From Myxococcota bacterium (GTDB taxonomy: Bacteria; Myxococcota; JACRCW01): DNA of 15,218 nucleotides. Where the stretch lies: positions 1-15,218 of the forward strand of contig JBFMGU010000256.1 of the NCBI GenBank assembly GCA_040752415.1. The letters are read 5' to 3'. The notes beneath the pieces are model-generated. The model was not told where the DNA came from. It made no database searches and was given only the letters and a program-made list of their open reading frames with translations. The position numbers and the translations under genes were made by a program. Positions 10,049 to 15,218 of this stretch are shown piece by piece (position 1 is the first letter of the stretch; each line of letters starts with the position of its first letter).

Positions 10049-10803
10049 GGACGCACCCTCCACCCGACGAGCGCGATGAGTGCGCACGTCGCCATGAACA
10101 CCACCACGCCCACACCCTGGTGCAGCCACTCCGGGCCGGTCACCAACCCGGTCTCCAGGTAGAACAGCGTGCTCGCGCGCCACGCGTTCCCCACCACCAC
10201 CGCCCCCAGCGACAACGCCACCAGCACCACGCTGCGACGACGATCCAGCCCGAGCACGTCGGCGAGGATGAACGCGAGGAACAGTCCCGTCCACAGCATG
10301 CGCAGTCCGCTGCATGGCGCATCCACCCACACCTGCGTGCTTTCCCAGGTCAGCGTGGTCCCTTCGCGCGTCACATCCAGGCCGGCCATGCGCAACAGAG
10401 GGACGGCGAGCGCGGCGGACAGCGCGCGCAGCGGATGCCCGAGGAAGAACTGCAGTGACGGCATGACGGGGAGGGCGAGCATGGCGAGGCCCCACGTCGG
10501 AACGTGCAGCAGCGTGCTGCGTCGCCACCAGGACAGCGTGATGGCCAGCGTGGTGAAGGCGAGGGCGCCACGCAGCAGCGGCGGCAGCAGGTGGTGGGTC
10601 AGCGCGGAGAGCACCAGCAACGTCGCCAGGAGCCGCAGTGGCGGAGGTCCGGGGTTCTCCGCACGACGGAACAGCAGCGCGCCCAGGACGAGCAGCGCCA
10701 GCGGCCCCGTGGTCAGCTCCTCACCCGTGAGGCGGGAGACCCACCATGGCCACACCGGCCAGAAGGCCACCACCTCGACGAGAAGAATGATCACCGGACT
10801 CAT
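10027..10803 (-). CDS. Exosortase/archaeosortase family protein (probably a VIT-system-dedicated, XrtQ-like subfamily), 258 aa
   Basis: Multi-pass hydrophobic protein with the Cys/Arg/His triad contexts VDAPCSGLRML, GNAWR and WLHQGVG. ATG 10803 overlaps the upstream stop (ATGA). The subfamily assignment is from memory and unverified. Confidence 0.9.
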   Translation of the reverse strand: MSPVIILLVEVVAFWPVWPWWVSRLTGEELTTGPLALLVLGALLFRRAENPGPPPLRLLATLLVLSALTHHLLPPLLRGALAFTTLAITLSWWRRSTLLHVPTWGLAMLALPVMPSLQFFLGHPLRALSAALAVPLLRMAGLDVTREGTTLTWESTQVWVDAPCSGLRMLWTGLFLAFILADVLGLDRRRSVVLVALSLGAVVVGNAWRASTLFYLETGLVTGPEWLHQGVGVVVFMATCALIALVGWRVRPCAWRPS

Positions 10804-13352
10804 GCCGCCTGCATTCCCCGACGACGACTCACCACCGCCACGCATCCCAGCGCCACGATCAGCAGCAGCCACGTCTCCGGCTCCGGAACCGTCGGCACCG
10901 TGCCGGGTTCCACCGGCGTGAGGCCCGCGTCGTCGTATTGCTGCTGCGTCTCCAGCACCACCGCGCCGCTCACCGGTGTGACCAGCTGGTAGCGCACCGC
11001 CGTCTCCAGGGCCCCGGCGCGATTGTTGGCGCGCAACAGCCGCAGCACCTCGTCACGCGCCCACAGCCGGGCCAGGTGCGCGGAGGTCTCGTGACCGGTC
11101 GTCGGCGCAACGGGAGCCTGACGTCGCTGGGCAACCACCTGCTGGGTCCCCGGCTTCCATGAGGCGAACAACGTCGTGAGCGCAGTGCCCAGCGTCCCGG
11201 TGATGGGAACGTTGCGGATATCGACGTTGACGTTCACCTCTTCCAGCACGCGGTTGCGTCCCGGGTGCACCCGCACGTCGTGGATGGACACCTTCCCGGC
11301 CACGTGATCCAGCGCCTGCATCAGCGCCGCGTGCCGACCGAAGAGGACGGGTTGCGGCCCATGAATCCAGACGATGGCGCCTCGGGGTGCGTCGGAGAGC
11401 AGCTCCACGGCGCGCAACAATGCGGCCACGTTGTCGGCGCCACCGACGGGCTCCAGCTGCCGGATGCGCTGCGCGTAGGCGGTCAACAGCTCCTTGGCAG
11501 CGGGTTGCACCGGCCACAGCAGCTCCTCGGGCGCATCCCGCGCGGCAATGACGCCCACCTCGATTCCGTCGGGAAGCGACGCCAGCGCCTGCGCGATCTC
11601 CCCCTGCGTGGCCCGCATGGTGGCGCTGTTGTCGACGACGAGCACGACCCGCGAAGGTCGTTCCACCGCCACCAGCTGCAGCACCTGCTGCACGTGCGCG
11701 CCCGAGCGCTTGTCTTGCGCGTGACTCGTTTCACTCGCGGCGTCGCGCGCCACGTGGATGATGGCGTCGGGGGAGAGCCATTCCCCGTCGGAGATGGTGC
11801 CGCGCAGCGTGTGTTTCCCGTCGCTGACCGCGGTGAGGCCTTTCGCGGTGGCGCGGAGCGGTGCGCGGCTGTCGGCCCAGAGGGTGTGGCCCACGTCGTC
11901 GGGAATGGTGAAGTTGCGCTCGATGATGCGGGGCGGGATGAGCAGCGCGTCGTCGACGGCGGGAAGGAGCAGCGGTGCGGTGATGCCCAGGCGGATGCGC
12001 ATCTGTCCGTGCGTGGGGACGGGGAAGCATTGCACCAGGATGCGGTCGGGTCCCTGCGTGGTCACCAGCACCGGGTCACGACGGGTACGCACCACCGCCT
12101 GGTATGCCGCGCGCGTCTCGCCCTTGGCCGCAAACGCCGCTTCCCGTTCCTCGCCGTTGACCCACAACGTCAGTCGCGACACCACCGCGCCGGGCGGCAG
12201 CATCACCTGCGCGCGCGCCTCAGCGGGAATCTCCGAGCTGTTGGCGAACTCCAGCGTCCATTCCAGGTACGCCAGCGCCGCATCTCCGTCGACGGAGGCA
12301 TCCACGCGACTGCTGTGCAGCGTGAGCCCGCGCACCCGCCCACCCACTTCCTCGCCTCCCTGCTCACTCTGCGTGGCCCAGCGTTCTTCCCAGCGGGCGA
12401 TGCCGCGCAGCGACGGACGGGGTCGGGCGTTGTAGGGCTCGCCGGTGACCCGGTAGAACACCTCACGCGCTTTCTCGACGGAGGGACCACTCTCCACGCG
12501 CGCTCCCAGGAACTGCGGCCGCCCGCTGCGCACGTAGGCACCGCGCAGGATCTCCTCCTCGGAGCCCACCGCGCGCAGGAAACGCACAGCACGCTCATTC
12601 CAGGGGACGTCGTCGGAGGCGGCCACGTTCACGGCCCAGCGCGTGATGGCCCCGGGTACCTCCAGGCCCAGCAACAACACCACCGCCCCCACCGCCATGG
12701 GCCACATGCGACGAGGGGTCTTGCCCTCCGCGACGACGAGCTTTCGTACCCAGCGGCGGTTCAGCAACGCCACCAGCAGGCTGAAATGCGGCGACAACGG
12801 AAGGAACCCGAGACCAAAGATCATTCCCAACAGGGCAACGGGCACCAGGGGCAGGAAGAGGAGGCTGTACAGCGCGCTCACGCCGATGGTGAGCCCGAGC
12901 AGCCGGATGCGCCAGGGCTGCTTGGCCGCGATTTCCGTCGTCACCGCCAGTGTTAGCGCGTTCCCCACCGCCACCAGTGCCACCAGCAACACGTGCAGCG
13001 GCGTGGGAATCGGATCGAAGAAGCTCTCCGCGCACACGCCGGTGCTCAGCTCAAACACCAGCGTACCCGCCGGCAACAGCACCCCGAAGAGTCCGCCGAA
13101 GATGAGGCCGCTTGGCGAGCGCGTGGGACCAACGCCCGGCAGCGCGTCCTCGAGATCGAGCTCCCGGATGACCGTCTTCACGTCGGCGGCGGTGACGGTG
13201 GTAAGGCCGCGCGCCTCCACCGCGGCGTGGATGCGTTCTCGCAAGGCCATCACGTCCCGGTCGTCGCCAACCCCACGACGGCGCCATGCCCGCGCACGCT
13301 CGCCGAGGTAGCTGCCCAGCGCCTGCTTCGCCTCGTCCGTCCACTCCGCCAT
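10800..13352 (-). CDS. Multi-TM membrane protein with VIT and vWA-like domains and a C-terminal PEP-CTERM sorting signal, 850 aa
   Basis: SD GGGAGG upstream. About five to six N-terminal hydrophobic segments. VIT motif LAYLEWTLEFAN...EARAQVMLPPGAVVSRLTLWVNGEEREAAF, vWA-like VVLVVDNSATM, and YQLVTPVSGAVVLE. The terminus VPEPETW-LLLIVALGCVAVVS-RRR is PEP motif, TM helix and basic cluster. Confidence 0.92.
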   Translation of the reverse strand: MAEWTDEAKQALGSYLGERARAWRRRGVGDDRDVMALRERIHAAVEARGLTTVTAADVKTVIRELDLEDALPGVGPTRSPSGLIFGGLFGVLLPAGTLVFELSTGVCAESFFDPIPTPLHVLLVALVAVGNALTLAVTTEIAAKQPWRIRLLGLTIGVSALYSLLFLPLVPVALLGMIFGLGFLPLSPHFSLLVALLNRRWVRKLVVAEGKTPRRMWPMAVGAVVLLLGLEVPGAITRWAVNVAASDDVPWNERAVRFLRAVGSEEEILRGAYVRSGRPQFLGARVESGPSVEKAREVFYRVTGEPYNARPRPSLRGIARWEERWATQSEQGGEEVGGRVRGLTLHSSRVDASVDGDAALAYLEWTLEFANSSEIPAEARAQVMLPPGAVVSRLTLWVNGEEREAAFAAKGETRAAYQAVVRTRRDPVLVTTQGPDRILVQCFPVPTHGQMRIRLGITAPLLLPAVDDALLIPPRIIERNFTIPDDVGHTLWADSRAPLRATAKGLTAVSDGKHTLRGTISDGEWLSPDAIIHVARDAASETSHAQDKRSGAHVQQVLQLVAVERPSRVVLVVDNSATMRATQGEIAQALASLPDGIEVGVIAARDAPEELLWPVQPAAKELLTAYAQRIRQLEPVGGADNVAALLRAVELLSDAPRGAIVWIHGPQPVLFGRHAALMQALDHVAGKVSIHDVRVHPGRNRVLEEVNVNVDIRNVPITGTLGTALTTLFASWKPGTQQVVAQRRQAPVAPTTGHETSAHLARLWARDEVLRLLRANNRAGALETAVRYQLVTPVSGAVVLETQQQYDDAGLTPVEPGTVPTVPEPETWLLLIVALGCVAVVSRRRGMQAA

Positions 13353-13469
13353 GTTCCCTCCCGCCGTCGTCGCAGGACGATACGCGAGCCAACATCACCC
13401 GGTGCCAACGCCTTCAACCGGTCAGGGGTGGCGCCCGTTCCCCGTGCGTGGGATCCGCGAGCGTGGGCC

Positions 13470-13498
13470 TTGACATGGAAGATGACCGGAATTACATT
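13470..13498 (+). promoter_or_regulatory. Sigma70-type promoter of the tetR gene
   Basis: TTGACA (13470-13475), 17-bp spacer, TACATT (13493-13498), 11 nt upstream of the ATG. Confidence 0.85.
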
Positions 13499-13507
13499 CT
13501 GGTCATC
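13481..13507. promoter_or_regulatory. Palindromic TetR operator overlapping the -10 box
   Basis: GATGACCGGAAT-TAC-ATTCTGGTCATC: 12-bp arms with one mismatch. Confidence 0.85.
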
Positions 13508-13509
13508 AC

Positions 13510-14100
13510 ATGGACCAGACCAAACGCGAGACCATCCTGGATTCCGCCACCAAGGCCTTCACGAAGCTCGGCTTCAAGAAGGCCAGCGTGGATGAGATTG
13601 CGCGTGATGCCGGGGTGGCCAAGGGCACCGTGTACCTGGCGGCGGAGAGCAAGGAGGACCTCTTCTACCAGGTGGTGCACCGTGAGCTTCGCAACTGGAT
13701 TGCGGAGGTCTCGCAGCTGATTGACCCGCGCGTTCCCGCGGATGAGCTCCTGGCCACGACGTCGATGGCGGCGTTCCAGTACCTGGAGACCCATCCGCTG
13801 GTGCGTGACCTGTTTGCCGGCAATTGCGACACCATCATGCCGGGCTGGGTGGGGCGGTTTGATGAGCTGCGGGTCATGGGGCGGGCCACGGTGATGGAGT
13901 TGTTGCGGCTGGGAATCCGGCAAGGTCGCTTCCGCGCCGATCTCGACGTGGAGCAGACCGCGGAGCTGCTGCAGGACCTGCAGTTGGTGGGGTACCTGCA
14001 GCTCGCCCGCAACGGTCCCCCGTCGGCGGAAGTGCTGCAGCGTCGTTTCCAGGCTGGCCTGGCGCTGGTCCTGGATGGCCTGCGACCCCGCCCGTCGTGA
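13510..14100 (+). CDS. TetR/AcrR family transcriptional regulator, 196 aa
   Basis: N-terminal HTH KRETILDSATKAFTKLGFKKASVDEIARDAGVAKGTVYLAAESKEDLF; C-terminal GIRQGRFRADLD. Confidence 0.96.
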   Translation: MDQTKRETILDSATKAFTKLGFKKASVDEIARDAGVAKGTVYLAAESKEDLFYQVVHRELRNWIAEVSQLIDPRVPADELLATTSMAAFQYLETHPLVRDLFAGNCDTIMPGWVGRFDELRVMGRATVMELLRLGIRQGRFRADLDVEQTAELLQDLQLVGYLQLARNGPPSAEVLQRRFQAGLALVLDGLRPRPS

Positions 14101-14146
14101 GCAGTGGATGGATGCAACGGAAGGGATGTCTTTTTTTGTCCGGTAG

Positions 14147-14171
14147 TGACCAGAAAACCAAAACAGTCATC
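14147..14171. promoter_or_regulatory. Second, degenerate TetR operator-like site upstream of the diiron gene
   Basis: TGACCAGAAAACCAAAACAGTCATC has the same TGAC-N15-GTCA geometry as 13483-13505. Its left half, TGACCAGAA, equals the reverse complement of the first operator's right half. Confidence 0.7.
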
Positions 14172-14195
14172 AGGTTCACCCCCAAGGAGACCACC

Positions 14196-14960
14196 ATGAC
14201 CACCCTCGACCAGCACCTGACCCACCTCTATCTCAAGCGTCTGCTCGCCTCGGCGGAGGGGCGCGCGTTCATCCTCAACCAGTGCGCCCAGGCGGAGGCC
14301 AGCGACGAAGGGCAGGTCTTCGACTCGCTGGCGCGCAACGTGGACGACCCGGAGCTGCGCAAGCTGGTCCGCATCCACCAGCAGGACGAGCAGCGTCACG
14401 CCGAGCTGTTCAACGCGTGCCTGGCCCGTCACGGCGGGAAGCCCAGCACGGTGCCGGAGGAGCTGCGCCTCATCGAACGCATTGCGAAGAAGCTGAACAA
14501 TCTCTTCGCGCGTCCCATCGAGGGACCGCAGAGCGTGATGGAGCACTACCTGCTGCTGCAGGTCATCGAGGAGCGCGCGCTCACGCAGTTCGCGGTGTTC
14601 GAGCAGGCGTTCCGCGCCATCGACCCCGAGACCGCGGAGGTCTTCGCGGAGGTGGCCCGCGACGAGGAGCGGCACCTGAAGTACTGCCACGCCATTGCGC
14701 GTCGCTATGCGCCCAGCCGTGAGGTGCACGAGGCCACGCTGCGCCGGATGCGTGAGCTGGAGTTGGACGCGTTCACGGAGAACAGCCGCGCGGTGATGCT
14801 GCACACGCTGGACCTGGGGCTGGCGAAGGTGGGCTGGCTGGAGAAGAAGATGTGGCGCGCGTTGGCCTCGCTCAACACCGCGCGCGGCAAGAAGCAGCGT
14901 ACGCCGTTCTGGGACCAGGGCGTGGACTCGCGCCTGACCAGCCTGGCCGTGGCGGCGTGA
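14196..14960 (+). CDS. Ferritin-like (diiron carboxylate) domain protein, 254 aa
   Basis: SD AAGGAG lies 6 nt before ATG 14196. Two E...DExxH half-sites: AQAEASDE...HQQDEQRH and QVIEERA...VARDEERH. Confidence 0.9.
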   Translation: MTTLDQHLTHLYLKRLLASAEGRAFILNQCAQAEASDEGQVFDSLARNVDDPELRKLVRIHQQDEQRHAELFNACLARHGGKPSTVPEELRLIERIAKKLNNLFARPIEGPQSVMEHYLLLQVIEERALTQFAVFEQAFRAIDPETAEVFAEVARDEERHLKYCHAIARRYAPSREVHEATLRRMRELELDAFTENSRAVMLHTLDLGLAKVGWLEKKMWRALASLNTARGKKQRTPFWDQGVDSRLTSLAVAA

Positions 14961-15218
14961 GTCTGCGTGGGAGGGGACGAAGGGGCGGCGTGGCCGGTTG
15001 GAGTCGTGGGTGCCGCTCGCGATCCCTCGATCCCCCGGTGCGAACCGGCGCCAAGGTGTCCTTAGCTTAGACTTTTACAGCGGTTCCCGTTGAAGTTGTC
15101 ACGCCGCTTGGCCTCCGTCTGGCAGAGGCCGCCCCGCTGGTCCGAGCGAAAGCGGCACTTCATGCCGCAGTCCGAAAGGGTGCGGGCACCGCTCCGATTC
15201 GTGAGATTGCGAAGCCCG

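Noticed and set aside
10049..10528. 327-aa version of the EpsI-like ORF, and upstream extensions of the 9517, 10872 and 14097 ORFs
   Set aside because: The extensions overlap neighbouring genes or regulatory DNA. SD position or stop/start coupling supports starts at 10048, 9418, 10803 and 14196.
15062..15217. Open minus-strand frame running in from the window end (…DCGMKCRFR…NRCKSLS-stop)
   Set aside because: Only 51 codons are visible, codon usage is mixed and no motif is recognisable. It cannot be supported without flanking sequence.
15150..15218. c-di-GMP-I riboswitch or group II intron 5' end
   Set aside because: A GAAA-capped stem is present, but the conserved GGCAAAC and GACGCAAAGC elements are absent. 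GTGCG at 15038 has no supporting intron features in view.

Overview
Very GC-rich bacterial DNA. A Myxococcota-like origin is inferred from the DUF4139 protein with a low-complexity insert, the PDAA-repeat lipoprotein and the codon style. From left to right: (1) the 3' part of a Pro/Thr-linker + CxxC thioredoxin-fold gene; (2) a minus-strand cluster of a SpoVK/Ycf46/Vps4-type AAA+ ATPase, a Cys-rich PDAA-repeat lipoprotein and a DUF4140/DUF4139 protein; (3) a poorly resolved 0.6-kb stretch; (4) an S4-domain RNA-binding gene and an ABCB/MsbA-type half-transporter; (5) a 292-bp palindromic element with 107-bp arms between convergent genes; (6) a 449-aa signal-peptide-less protein with two Ig-like repeats; (7) an overlapping three-gene sorting cassette: membrane VIT/vWA PEP-CTERM protein, dedicated exosortase and EpsI-like partner; (8) a divergent TetR gene with a clear sigma70 promoter and palindromic operator, followed by a ferritin-like diiron gene preceded by a second operator-like site. 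The best leads are the exosortase cassette whose target has a HAAS-like cytoplasmic N-terminal domain, the nested palindrome, the TetR/diiron regulon, and -10-like boxes placed just upstream of several SD-less start codons. No rRNA, tRNA, CRISPR array or transposase was seen. All family calls come from reading motifs by eye, not from database searches.
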